DNA from: Sediminibacterium ginsengisoli
Lineage (GTDB): Bacteria > Bacteroidota > Bacteroidia > Chitinophagales > Chitinophagaceae
Direction of reading: 5' to 3'
Length of the DNA stretch: 38,465 nucleotides
Assembly (NCBI GenBank): GCA_945860335.1
Contig: CAMAQW010000001.1
Span: 1 to 38,465, forward strand
Every line of letters begins with the position of its first letter. Positions within the stretch are counted from its first letter, which is position 1. The translations under genes and the position numbers were made by a program. Positions 20,021 to 28,686 of this stretch are shown piece by piece. Below the pieces are notes generated by a model. It was not told the origin of the DNA. It worked only from the letters and a program-made list of their open reading frames with translations, and ran no database searches.

Positions 20021-20184
20021 CTGTAGGGGGAGGGATCGAACCTCCAGAAGGCAGTTAGCTATAACACAAAGTTCAGTGGTCGACCCTGGTCGCTTATTGC
20101 TAAGCGGCTCTATGTTACGTTTATCCCGTTATCCTCACCCTCGAGACAAGAGGGCATGTTTGCCTAATATTTCATCACCCCACA
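20021..20184 (-). ncRNA. tRNA-like RNA (anticodon GUC/Asp) with 92-nt structured variable-arm insertion
   Basis: Minus strand: acceptor TGTGGGG/CCCTACA plus G73; T8 G9; D arm ATG-AAATATTAGGCAAA-CAT; anticodon arm CCCTC-TTGTCTC-GAGGG; insertion 20137-20046; T arm GGAGG-TTCGATC-CCTCC. CCA not encoded. Confidence 0.85.
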
Positions 20185-20219
20185 ATAAATAAGAACTGTT
20201 TTGATACTCATTAACAATG

Positions 20220-20252
20220 CAATGTTAAACCATTAGGCCTATTCGTTACAAA
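20220..20252 (-). promoter_or_regulatory. Candidate Bacteroidota housekeeping promoter for the tRNA-like RNA
   Basis: Minus strand TTTG (20252-20249), 21-nt spacer, TAACATTG (20227-20220; one mismatch to TAnnTTTG). Confidence 0.55.
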
Positions 20253-20335
20253 TATTTTAATCAATAATCAAAAACTTTAGAAAAATATCAATAAATTGCT
20301 TTTTTATTAAAATACTACTAAAAACACGCCCTAAT

Positions 20336-20812
20336 ATGAACCCAAAATTGAATCTTGACAAACTCGATTTACAGATTATTCAGGAAATGATGGAGGATGC
20401 TGAAATTTCCTACGCCGATTTAGGTAAAAAACTCTTTGTGTCGGGTGGTACCATCCACGTGCGTATAAAAAAATTAGAAGAACTGGGTGTAGTAAAGGGT
20501 AAAAAATTATCTGTCGATTTAAAAGAACTCGGTTACGACGTAATTGCTTTTATTGGCATCTATCTCGAAAAAAGTTCGCTGTATGATAGTGTTGCCAAGG
20601 AATTAAAAAAAGTACCACAAATTGTGCGTTTAAATTATACCACCGGTAATTATAGCATGTTTGCAGAAATTGTTTGTAAAGATATTCAGCAGTTGCGTTA
20701 TGTTTTACATGATGAGCTGCAAAAAATAAAAGGTATTGAAAGAACAGAAACATTTATTTCACTCGAAGAAAGTTTGGTGCGCAGTGTAGTGGTTTCTCCA
20801 ACTTCGGAATAG
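20336..20812 (+). CDS. asnC: Lrp/AsnC family transcriptional regulator, AsnC-like
   Basis: LDKLDLQII, SYADLGKKLFVSGGTIHVRIKKLEELGVV HTH, YTTGNYSMF, LQKIKGIERTETFISLE closely resemble E. coli AsnC motifs. Confidence 0.85.
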   Translation: MNPKLNLDKLDLQIIQEMMEDAEISYADLGKKLFVSGGTIHVRIKKLEELGVVKGKKLSVDLKELGYDVIAFIGIYLEKSSLYDSVAKELKKVPQIVRLNYTTGNYSMFAEIVCKDIQQLRYVLHDELQKIKGIERTETFISLEESLVRSVVVSPTSE

Positions 20813-23020
20813 TTATTTTTCACGCACATTAAAAGCGTCTCTTAATCCGTTTCCAAGTAAATTAAATGCAAGCACTAGTATCATAATGGCAATGCCAGGT
20901 GCTAGTGCAAGTGCCGGATTGTGGGTGATAATAAAATTATAATTTTCTTTAATCATCAGGCCCCAGCTGGGTTGTGGCGGTTGAACACCCACGCCTAAAA
21001 AACTTAAGCCTGCTTCAATTACAATCGCAGATGCAAAATTACTCGCAGCAATTACGAGTACGGGTCCAATAATATTGGGTAAAATATGTAAAAATATGGT
21101 GCGTGTATTGGAGTAGCCAAGTACCTGTGCCGCTTCAATAAATTCTCTGTTTTTAATGGCCATTACCTGACCGCGCACAAGCCTTGCAACATTCACCCAC
21201 ATGGTTAATCCAACTGCAATAAACACTTGCCAAAATCCTTTTCCTAAAACAAGTGTAATTGCAAACACTAGCAGTAATGTTGGAATACTCCAAATAACAT
21301 TGATAAACCACATAATGCATTCATCTATCCAGCCTCTATAAAAACCGGCTAATGCACCCAGTAAAATGCCAATAGTGAGTGATAGTAAAACAGCAATCAT
21401 GCCAACACCAAGGCTTACTCTTACGCCAATAATGAGGCGGCTTAACATGTCCCTGCCAAACTTATCGGTACCTGCGTAATAGGTTTGTTTAATAACTGGT
21501 TCTTTGGCAGCTAAGCTTAGTGGCATTACACCAGCTTCTGTAATGCCTTCATCAATATATTTCTGGTAATAAATAGAATCACCTTTTATGTGGTAAGAGG
21601 TGATTGGAATAAAGGTATTCGCGTCCTCTTTGCCATTTAATAGCCTATCAAAAAATGAAGCATTTGTTGTTTGTCCTATTCGTTTTACTTGAAGTAATTG
21701 AATCGTAAATCCAGGCTTCATGCTTCCTATTTCAGGAATCATGCGGTTGGCGTTTGGCGAATGTTCGGGTGCTATAAAATAAGCAAACACCGCCATCAAA
21801 AAAGCAGCGGTAATAATATAAAGTGATACACTTGCAGGTTTATTTCGTTTTAATTTTGTAAAAAAACGATCTGGTTCATTTTTAGTTACGGTGCGACCTT
21901 TCCATTTGTAAGATCCAAATGTGCCAAACCAACCAGCCACCACCGTATATAAAATATGAAATGGTTGCATGAATAAAAACCACCAGAGTAACTTTTGTTG
22001 TTTAAAAAATTTGGCAGCTGCATACATAAATGGAAGTTCAACAAGTGTTTTACAACCTATAAAAACAAACCAGTTATTGATATTACCAGTTTCTATTAGG
22101 TTAACGGGGAGGTACACCAATAACGAAAAATTTACCAGGTACACCAGCAGTAATATCCAAAAAATAATTTTGTCTTGATAGCCAAGCGCCTTACTAGACC
22201 AGCGTATCCGCTGTTGTATAAATAAATCTAACGTCGCACTTGGGGCCGTTGTAACCACTGTATCCTGCGCGTATAAGTATCCAATTTTTTCTGGATACGA
22301 TTTTTTCATTTTATGCATCAGTAGCATATCGTCGCCACTGGGTAAATGATCAATGCCACTAAATTTTCCAACGCTTTCAAAGGCTTCTTTACTATAACAC
22401 AAATTAGCGCCGTTGCAGAGTGTGTGTGAACCAGAGCCAACAGCTGCTGCCGTAATACCTTGTAAACTAATAAAATCTAAAACCTGAAAAACCGATAAAA
22501 AGCTTCCGGTATTTTTATAGCTTACTGGCGCCGCAATCATTACGCAGTTATGCTCCTGAATATATGCATCATAACTAGCCAGCCAATTATTGGTAAAACT
22601 GCAATCAGCGTCGGTGGTAACAATCCATGGATGATTTGCCTGTTCAATGGCAATTTCTATGGCTCTTTTTTTATACGCTACTATATTTTCATCTTTTGTA
22701 AAATCTTGCAGGCGCAGTAATCTTACATTGTTATATTGTAAAGCGATTGATCCAACAATGTTTGCGGTTTCATCTTCCGAAAAATCATCTATTACAATCA
22801 ATTCAAATAAATGAGAAGGGTAGTTTTGCGCCAAAATACCCGCTATGCAGTTTTCAATGTTAGCCGCTTCATTGCGGGCCGGAATGACAATCGAAAACTT
22901 AGTTTGAGGTGTTTTGCCCTTAGCCACAAATGCGCGCAGGTTCCAGTGCCCCCTTGTATACAAGGCCATTAATACGCCGTAGGCGGCCAATAAGCAAATG
23001 GTTACCGTAAAAAGGTACAT
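20813..23020 (-). CDS. Fusion: GT2 glycosyltransferase (N-terminal) plus OppC/DppC-type ABC permease (C-terminal)
   Basis: SIVIPARNE, IDDFSED, TTDADC, SGDD, QRIRW and WKGR (GT2); then KRNK, GTDKFGRD, EFIEAAQVLG, HILPN, LSFLGVGVQPPQPSWG, LLGNGLRDAF (OppC). Confidence 0.85.
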   Translation of the reverse strand: MYLFTVTICLLAAYGVLMALYTRGHWNLRAFVAKGKTPQTKFSIVIPARNEAANIENCIAGILAQNYPSHLFELIVIDDFSEDETANIVGSIALQYNNVRLLRLQDFTKDENIVAYKKRAIEIAIEQANHPWIVTTDADCSFTNNWLASYDAYIQEHNCVMIAAPVSYKNTGSFLSVFQVLDFISLQGITAAAVGSGSHTLCNGANLCYSKEAFESVGKFSGIDHLPSGDDMLLMHKMKKSYPEKIGYLYAQDTVVTTAPSATLDLFIQQRIRWSSKALGYQDKIIFWILLLVYLVNFSLLVYLPVNLIETGNINNWFVFIGCKTLVELPFMYAAAKFFKQQKLLWWFLFMQPFHILYTVVAGWFGTFGSYKWKGRTVTKNEPDRFFTKLKRNKPASVSLYIITAAFLMAVFAYFIAPEHSPNANRMIPEIGSMKPGFTIQLLQVKRIGQTTNASFFDRLLNGKEDANTFIPITSYHIKGDSIYYQKYIDEGITEAGVMPLSLAAKEPVIKQTYYAGTDKFGRDMLSRLIIGVRVSLGVGMIAVLLSLTIGILLGALAGFYRGWIDECIMWFINVIWSIPTLLLVFAITLVLGKGFWQVFIAVGLTMWVNVARLVRGQVMAIKNREFIEAAQVLGYSNTRTIFLHILPNIIGPVLVIAASNFASAIVIEAGLSFLGVGVQPPQPSWGLMIKENYNFIITHNPALALAPGIAIMILVLAFNLLGNGLRDAFNVREK

Positions 23021-23116
23021 CTAACAAAGAAAATCAATAATTGGCCAGTTTGAACGACTGCCCCTCTCATTTCATTATTTTTCTTGGTTTTTTGCCAAAA
23101 ACGGCCGTACTTTGAA

Positions 23117-23132
23117 TTAGTTGCATAACTAA
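23117..23132. promoter_or_regulatory. Candidate MarR operator
   Basis: Inverted repeat TTAGTT-GCAT-AACTAA ending 4 nt before the MarR ATG. Confidence 0.5.
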
Positions 23133-23136
23133 CTAT

Positions 23137-23577
23137 ATGTCAAACAACCAATTTAAAAGAGGCGAATTATACAGCGTTATCAATGGTATGGCGTCTACCG
23201 CTGTTGCCAGGCGTTTACAAAAAAACTTTAGACTCGCAGGTCTCGAAATTACCATCGAGCAGTGGAGTGTACTTTATCATTTATGGAAACAGGACGGACT
23301 GAGTCAGCAAGAACTTTGTAACCGAACTTTTAGGGATAAACCAAGTATCACGCGCTTACTAGACAACCTAGAAAAGCAAAAGCTGGTTAAGCGGATGCCT
23401 TCTAAAGATGATCGACGCATCAATTTGGTGTGCTTAACAGAGCCAGCAAAATTATTACAAGATAAAACCATCGAGCTTGCCAATCAAACCATGGATGAGG
23501 CGCTTGTTGGTGTTGGTAAAAATGAAATTGAAATAGTAAAACAAGTATTTCAAAAAGTATACGACAATTTATTATAA
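23137..23577 (+). CDS. MarR family transcriptional regulator
   Basis: ITIEQWSVL, GLSQQEL, DKPSITRLLDNLEKQKLVKR, DDRRINLVCLT. Confidence 0.93.
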   Translation: MSNNQFKRGELYSVINGMASTAVARRLQKNFRLAGLEITIEQWSVLYHLWKQDGLSQQELCNRTFRDKPSITRLLDNLEKQKLVKRMPSKDDRRINLVCLTEPAKLLQDKTIELANQTMDEALVGVGKNEIEIVKQVFQKVYDNLL

Positions 23578-23589
23578 ACGTCTTTTAAA

Positions 23590-25386
23590 ATGATAGATAT
23601 GGAAACTTCAAATCAAAAACCATTACTCGGTGGTGAGTGGATTATTAAAGAAAGTACCCCTGATGCTACTTTTATTCCAGAAGAATTTAATGAAGAACAA
23701 CTGATGGTAAAAGATATGTGTGATCAATTCATCAACACAGAAATTTTGCCCATTGTAGATCGTATCGATAAACTAGAGGCTGGTTTAATGCCATCACTCA
23801 TGGAAAAAGCAGGTGAGCAGGGGCTTTTGTCTACTTCATGTCCCGAAGCATATGGTGGGCTTGGTAAAGATTTTATTACTTCAACTATTGTTAATGAAGC
23901 ATTAGGTGGTGGCTATTCTTTTTCGGTGGCGATTGCTGCACATACAGGTATTGGTACACTTCCTATTTTATATTTTGGTACCGAAGAACAAAAACAAAAA
24001 TACATTCCTAAATTAGCCAGTGGCGAATGGAAGGGTGCGTATGGTTTAACAGAGCCTAATAGTGGTAGTGATGCACTTAGCGCAAAAACAACGGCCGTTT
24101 TATCTAGTGATGGACAGCATTATATTTTAAATGGACAAAAATGTTGGATCACCAATGGTGGTTTTGCGGACGTTTATACGGTGTTTGCAAAAATTGATGG
24201 TGAAAAATTTACTGGTTTTATTGTTGAAAGAGGTACCGAAGGTTTTACCCAAGGTCCCGAAGAACATAAAATGGGCATCAAAGGATCTTCTACCGTTCAA
24301 TTGTATTTTCAAGACTGCAAAGTGCCTGTAGGCAACGTTTTGGGAGAAATTGGCAAAGGACATGTTATTGCATTTAACGTACTAAATATTGGACGTTTAA
24401 AATTATGTGCGGCAACACTTGGTGGTGCAAAAAGAGCAACAACTGTGACTGTGCAGTATGCAAAAACAAGGGAACAATTTAAATTGCCCATTGCAAAATT
24501 TGGAGCTATCAAACATAAAATGGCCGAGATGGCTATTAAAATGTGGGTGTGTGAAGCGGGCCTATACCGAACTGCAAAATGGATTGATGATAAAGAACAC
24601 GCTCTACTACAAGAGGGTAAAACATTTGCCCAAGCATTACTTGGTGCAGCAGAAGAATTTGCTATTGAGTGCGCAATGTTAAAAGTATTTGGTAGCGAAG
24701 TGCTTGATTTTGTGGTAGACGAAGGGGTACAAATTCATGGCGGAAATGGATTTAGTGATGAGTATCAAATTTCAAAAGGATATAGAGATAGTAGAATTAA
24801 TAGAATCTACGAAGGCACCAATGAAATCAACCGTTTGCTTACCGTAGACATGGTGCTAAAGCGCGCTATGAAAGGAAAATTAGATTTAATGACCCCCGCT
24901 ATGGCAGTTCAAAAAGAACTGATGAGTATTCCAGATTTTGGCGATACCGATGATGCAGCTTTTGCAAAAGAAATTAAATACATCAAAAACTTTAAGAAAG
25001 CAATACTCATGGTAGCGGGTGCTGCTGTGCAAAAGCTGATGATGCAACTTGAAAAAGAGCAGGAAGTACTCATGAACATTGCAGACATGGCTATAGAGGT
25101 ATTCCATACAGAGAGTGCACTACTTCGTGTAATGAAACTGACACAAAAAAATGGCGAAGCTGCTACAAGTATTGAAACAGATATTATGCGTACTTATTTA
25201 TATGATGCCGCAGACCGTATCAATAAAGCAGGTAAAGATGCACTCAATAGTTTTGCAGATGGAGACGAGCTTCGTATGATGCATATTGGACTTAAGCGTT
25301 TTACCAAAGTAGACCCATACAATACCAAAGAGTCGCGCCGTAGAATTGCAGACAAGTTGGTGGCGGATGATGGCTACAAGTTTTAA
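23590..25386 (+). CDS. Acyl-CoA dehydrogenase (long form with C-terminal extension)
   Basis: AYGLTEPNSGSDA, LNGQKCWITNG, KMGIKGSST, QIHGGNGF, RIYEGTNEINR. Start may be 23599. Confidence 0.95.
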   Translation: MIDMETSNQKPLLGGEWIIKESTPDATFIPEEFNEEQLMVKDMCDQFINTEILPIVDRIDKLEAGLMPSLMEKAGEQGLLSTSCPEAYGGLGKDFITSTIVNEALGGGYSFSVAIAAHTGIGTLPILYFGTEEQKQKYIPKLASGEWKGAYGLTEPNSGSDALSAKTTAVLSSDGQHYILNGQKCWITNGGFADVYTVFAKIDGEKFTGFIVERGTEGFTQGPEEHKMGIKGSSTVQLYFQDCKVPVGNVLGEIGKGHVIAFNVLNIGRLKLCAATLGGAKRATTVTVQYAKTREQFKLPIAKFGAIKHKMAEMAIKMWVCEAGLYRTAKWIDDKEHALLQEGKTFAQALLGAAEEFAIECAMLKVFGSEVLDFVVDEGVQIHGGNGFSDEYQISKGYRDSRINRIYEGTNEINRLLTVDMVLKRAMKGKLDLMTPAMAVQKELMSIPDFGDTDDAAFAKEIKYIKNFKKAILMVAGAAVQKLMMQLEKEQEVLMNIADMAIEVFHTESALLRVMKLTQKNGEAATSIETDIMRTYLYDAADRINKAGKDALNSFADGDELRMMHIGLKRFTKVDPYNTKESRRRIADKLVADDGYKF

Positions 25387-25415
25387 TTGAATTCTATTTT
25401 TTGTATCTTGGCTAC

Positions 25416-26606
25416 ATGAATTATGTAAGGGCCATCCTATGTACCGCTATCTTTTTTGTACAATCAGTTGCAGCGCAAAACACAGGCTACACTGGCTTTT
25501 GGGCCAGAACGGCGGGTAAATTACCGGCACTTGCTTATGGCTTAGGTGAAGACAGGCTCGGTGGCGCTAAAATGGGCTACCTTGACACGAGCGTGTTACT
25601 TAAAGTGGTGGATACTGCTAAATCCATGTTTCAGGTGCAGCTTTCAAAAAATCATTTTGCCTACATAGATAAGCAGTTTATTGTAGTAGATACAACCGCA
25701 CTTGACAAACCACTTACGCCTTTTCCGTATACCAGTAATTCCATTATTGCAAAAGGCGATTCTTTATTTGATTATGTTTCTATTCGGCTACCAGAAAAAC
25801 TTCCGTATAAATCTTGGATGGATATTAATCCTTCAAAAATTAATATTGATATATATGGTGTTGCATCCAACACCAATTGGATTACACAGCTCTCTAGTTT
25901 ACAAGAAGTAAAAAATGTTTATTACCATCAAGTAGAAGATGATGTGCTAAGGGTTGCTATTGAATTACAGCACAAACAACACTGGGGTTATGCACTTTCA
26001 TATGGTGCTAAAGGACTGGAACTAATGGTAAGAAGGCAGCCACAAAAATTAGACCTTAACACCATGATTGTAGCCATTGATGCAGGACATGGGGGAACCA
26101 ATGTGGGTGCAAGTGGAATTTGTACCAATGTTCAAGAAAAAAATGCCACTTTATTATTTGCCAAGGCACTGGAGCAACATTTAAGAGATGCAGGTGTTGA
26201 AAACCTAATCATGACGCGCGGTTCAGATTCTTCATTTGATAACAAGGACCGGATATTGTGGCTGCAAGCACAGCTTCCGCATGTGGTGATTAGTTTACAC
26301 CTAAACTCCAGTGGTAGCCCATTAATTAGTGGTACCAGTACCTATTATAAGCATATTGGATTTAGGCCCCTCACCCAAACTATTTTAAATAGGATGTTAG
26401 AGCTGGGTCTTAATGAATTTGGTAATGTGGGTAGTTTTAATTTTGCACTCAGTCAACCAACTGAGTTTCCCAGTTGTTTAGTAGAAATAGCCTTTTTATC
26501 TAACCTAGATGATGAGCAAAGAATAATTAACCCCGATTTTCAAAAAGACGTGGCTAAAAAAATTCATGCAGGATTGCAGGATTGGTTAAAAAGAGTAGAA
26601 CGTTAA
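25416..26606 (+). CDS. N-acetylmuramoyl-L-alanine amidase (Amidase_3), exported
   Basis: Signal peptide from ATG 25416; IDAGHGG, EK, ISLHLNS, LVEIAFLSN zinc/catalytic motifs. Confidence 0.9.
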   Translation: MNYVRAILCTAIFFVQSVAAQNTGYTGFWARTAGKLPALAYGLGEDRLGGAKMGYLDTSVLLKVVDTAKSMFQVQLSKNHFAYIDKQFIVVDTTALDKPLTPFPYTSNSIIAKGDSLFDYVSIRLPEKLPYKSWMDINPSKINIDIYGVASNTNWITQLSSLQEVKNVYYHQVEDDVLRVAIELQHKQHWGYALSYGAKGLELMVRRQPQKLDLNTMIVAIDAGHGGTNVGASGICTNVQEKNATLLFAKALEQHLRDAGVENLIMTRGSDSSFDNKDRILWLQAQLPHVVISLHLNSSGSPLISGTSTYYKHIGFRPLTQTILNRMLELGLNEFGNVGSFNFALSQPTEFPSCLVEIAFLSNLDDEQRIINPDFQKDVAKKIHAGLQDWLKRVER

Positions 26607-26625
26607 AAAAATTAAAAGCACAACA

Positions 26626-26970
26626 ATGGATAATTCAATACAAGAGTTTAATGATTACCGTCAAAAAATGAATGACGTTATTTTAAGTAAGGATAACCTC
26701 GTTTTAAAGCGTTTGTGGAATTTAGATACCAATACCTACGACGATGGTGCACTAGACAAAAAAACAAAGGAAATGTTAGGCCTGGTAGCAAGTATGGTGC
26801 TCAGATGTGACGATTGTATCAAGTATCACCTTCAAAAATGCCATGAACTAGGCCTTTCTACAAGCGAAGTGTATGAAATCTTTGCGGTAGCCAACATTGT
26901 AGGCGGAACCATTGTTATACCTCATACCCGTAGGGGTGCCGAATTTTGGGAGGCGCTGGTAAATGGGTAA
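26626..26970 (+). CDS. Carboxymuconolactone decarboxylase / AhpD-like protein
   Basis: GALDKKTKEMLGL, CDDCIKYH (CxxC..H) motif. Confidence 0.88.
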   Translation: MDNSIQEFNDYRQKMNDVILSKDNLVLKRLWNLDTNTYDDGALDKKTKEMLGLVASMVLRCDDCIKYHLQKCHELGLSTSEVYEIFAVANIVGGTIVIPHTRRGAEFWEALVNG

Positions 26971-27035
26971 AAATTTTGTGTTCATTATTAAATTTAGTCG
27001 GACCTTTAGGGCTCGAATCATTCAAATAATACCAG

Positions 27036-28076
27036 ATGTCTACAGCTACTATTACCGAAGCACCTATTTTAACCGCTAAAGATTTTGCAACAGATCAAGA
27101 GGTTCGTTGGTGCCCAGGCTGTGGAGATTATTCTATTTTGGCACAGGTTCAAAAAGTAATGCCAAATATTGGCGTTCCCAAAGAAAACATTGTCATTATT
27201 AGCGGTATTGGATGTAGTAGTCGTTTTCCTTATTACATGAATACATTTGGTATGCACTCTATTCATGGACGTGCAACGGCCATTGCTAGTGGATTAAAAG
27301 CCACTAGACCCGAGTTAAGCGTTTGGATTGTTACTGGCGATGGAGATAGTTTAAGTATTGGAGGTAACCATACCATTCATTTATTACGTCGAAATTTTGA
27401 CGTGAATATTATGATGTTTAACAACCAAATTTATGGTTTAACAAAAGGTCAATATTCACCAACATCCGAAGAACATAAGATTACAAAAAGTACGCCTTAT
27501 GGAAGTATCGATCATCCTTTTAATCCAGCTGCATTAGCGCTTGGTGCCGATGCAAGTTTTATTGCACGCAGTATGGATCGTGATCCTAAGCACCTGCAAG
27601 CAATGCTTACACGTTCACATCAACACAGGGGCGCTTCATTTTTAGAAATTTACCAGAACTGCAACATCTTTAATGATGGTGCTTTTGAAATATTTACAGA
27701 AAAAGCAACCAAGCAAGAAGAAGCTTTATTTTTAGAACAGGGCAAGCCATTAATTTTTGGTGCTAATGGTAACAAGGGTATCAAATTTGATGGATTAAAG
27801 CCTGTTGTTGTAGAACTTGGTGAAGGTGCTAGTACCGATGATTTATGGATCCACGACGAAAGAGATTTTTATAAAGCACAAGTGTTGGTTCGATTATTTG
27901 ATTCGCCTAGTAAACCGGACGGACATTTTCCAAGACCTTTTGGTGTTTTCTTTGAAACAGACAGAGCTTGTTACGAAGACGTAATGGCGATGCAAATTGA
28001 AGAAGTGATCGCTACAAAAGGGAAAGGCGATTTGGATAAAATGCTACGTGGCCGCGAAGTGTGGGAGATTCTATAA
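27036..28076 (+). CDS. 2-oxoacid:ferredoxin oxidoreductase subunit beta
   Basis: WCPGCGD, SGIGCSSR, HSIHGRA, GDGD...NN TPP motif, YGLTKGQYSPT. Confidence 0.95.
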   Translation: MSTATITEAPILTAKDFATDQEVRWCPGCGDYSILAQVQKVMPNIGVPKENIVIISGIGCSSRFPYYMNTFGMHSIHGRATAIASGLKATRPELSVWIVTGDGDSLSIGGNHTIHLLRRNFDVNIMMFNNQIYGLTKGQYSPTSEEHKITKSTPYGSIDHPFNPAALALGADASFIARSMDRDPKHLQAMLTRSHQHRGASFLEIYQNCNIFNDGAFEIFTEKATKQEEALFLEQGKPLIFGANGNKGIKFDGLKPVVVELGEGASTDDLWIHDERDFYKAQVLVRLFDSPSKPDGHFPRPFGVFFETDRACYEDVMAMQIEEVIATKGKGDLDKMLRGREVWEIL

Positions 28077-28077
28077 G

Positions 28078-28686
28078 ATGTTATTAGAAATACACCCTAA
28101 CAACCCCAATCCCAGACATATTGCTACCGTGGTAGACTGCCTTAAAAGTGGCGGTATCATTGCGTATCCTACCGATACCATTTATGGATTGGGTTGTGAT
28201 ATTTTCCAGCCCAAAGCCATCGAAAAAATTGCTCAAATTAAAGGGGTAGATCCGGCTAAAGCGCAACTTAGTTTTGTTTGTGCCGACCTTTCCGATTTAA
28301 GTAAATACACAAAGTCTATTTCAACGCCACTATATAGGCTATTAAAAAATTATTTACCGGGACCTTTCACATTTATTTTGCCAGCAAGTAAGCAAGTGCC
28401 CAAGCTTTTGCAAAATAAAAAAAATACCATCGGACTAAGAATACCAGATAACAATATTGCCAGTGCCATTGTAACTGCGCTTGAGCATCCTATTTTATCA
28501 GCCTCTTTACCTGGAGAAATGGTAGAAGATTACACCGATCCTTATGTGATTCATGAAAATTTTGAAAAGCTTGTAGATATTGTTATTGATGGTGGCATTG
28601 GAGGCATGATTCCTTCTACCATTATCGATTGTATCACCGATGATTATACCGTTATTAGAGAAGGCGCGGGTGTGTGGGAAGGATAG
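28078..28686 (+). CDS. Sua5/YciO/YrdC family protein (YciO-like)
   Basis: EIHPNNP, IAYPTDTIYGLGC, LPGPFTFIL, IGLRIPD, PSTIID. ATG at 28078 follows the upstream stop. Confidence 0.92.
   Translation: MLLEIHPNNPNPRHIATVVDCLKSGGIIAYPTDTIYGLGCDIFQPKAIEKIAQIKGVDPAKAQLSFVCADLSDLSKYTKSISTPLYRLLKNYLPGPFTFILPASKQVPKLLQNKKNTIGLRIPDNNIASAIVTALEHPILSASLPGEMVEDYTDPYVIHENFEKLVDIVIDGGIGGMIPSTIIDCITDDYTVIREGAGVWEG

Noticed and set aside
1528-20030. PUL as a genomic island integrated at the 3' end of the tRNA-like gene
   Set aside because: No integrase and no duplicated tRNA 3' end seen in the window.
20021-20184. Interpretation as tmRNA, tRNA-Sec, Y RNA or an intron-containing ordinary tRNA
   Set aside because: No G3-U70 or tag frame and it has a real anticodon arm (not tmRNA); anticodon is not UCA; no Ro60/RtcB neighbour; the insertion is in the variable arm and too short for a self-splicing intron. 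Not formally excluded without cmscan.
20001-20192. 63-aa ORF MEAAFFCCRGRDR...
   Set aside because: Starts inside a terminator hairpin and is the antisense shadow of the tRNA-like RNA; no protein-like features.
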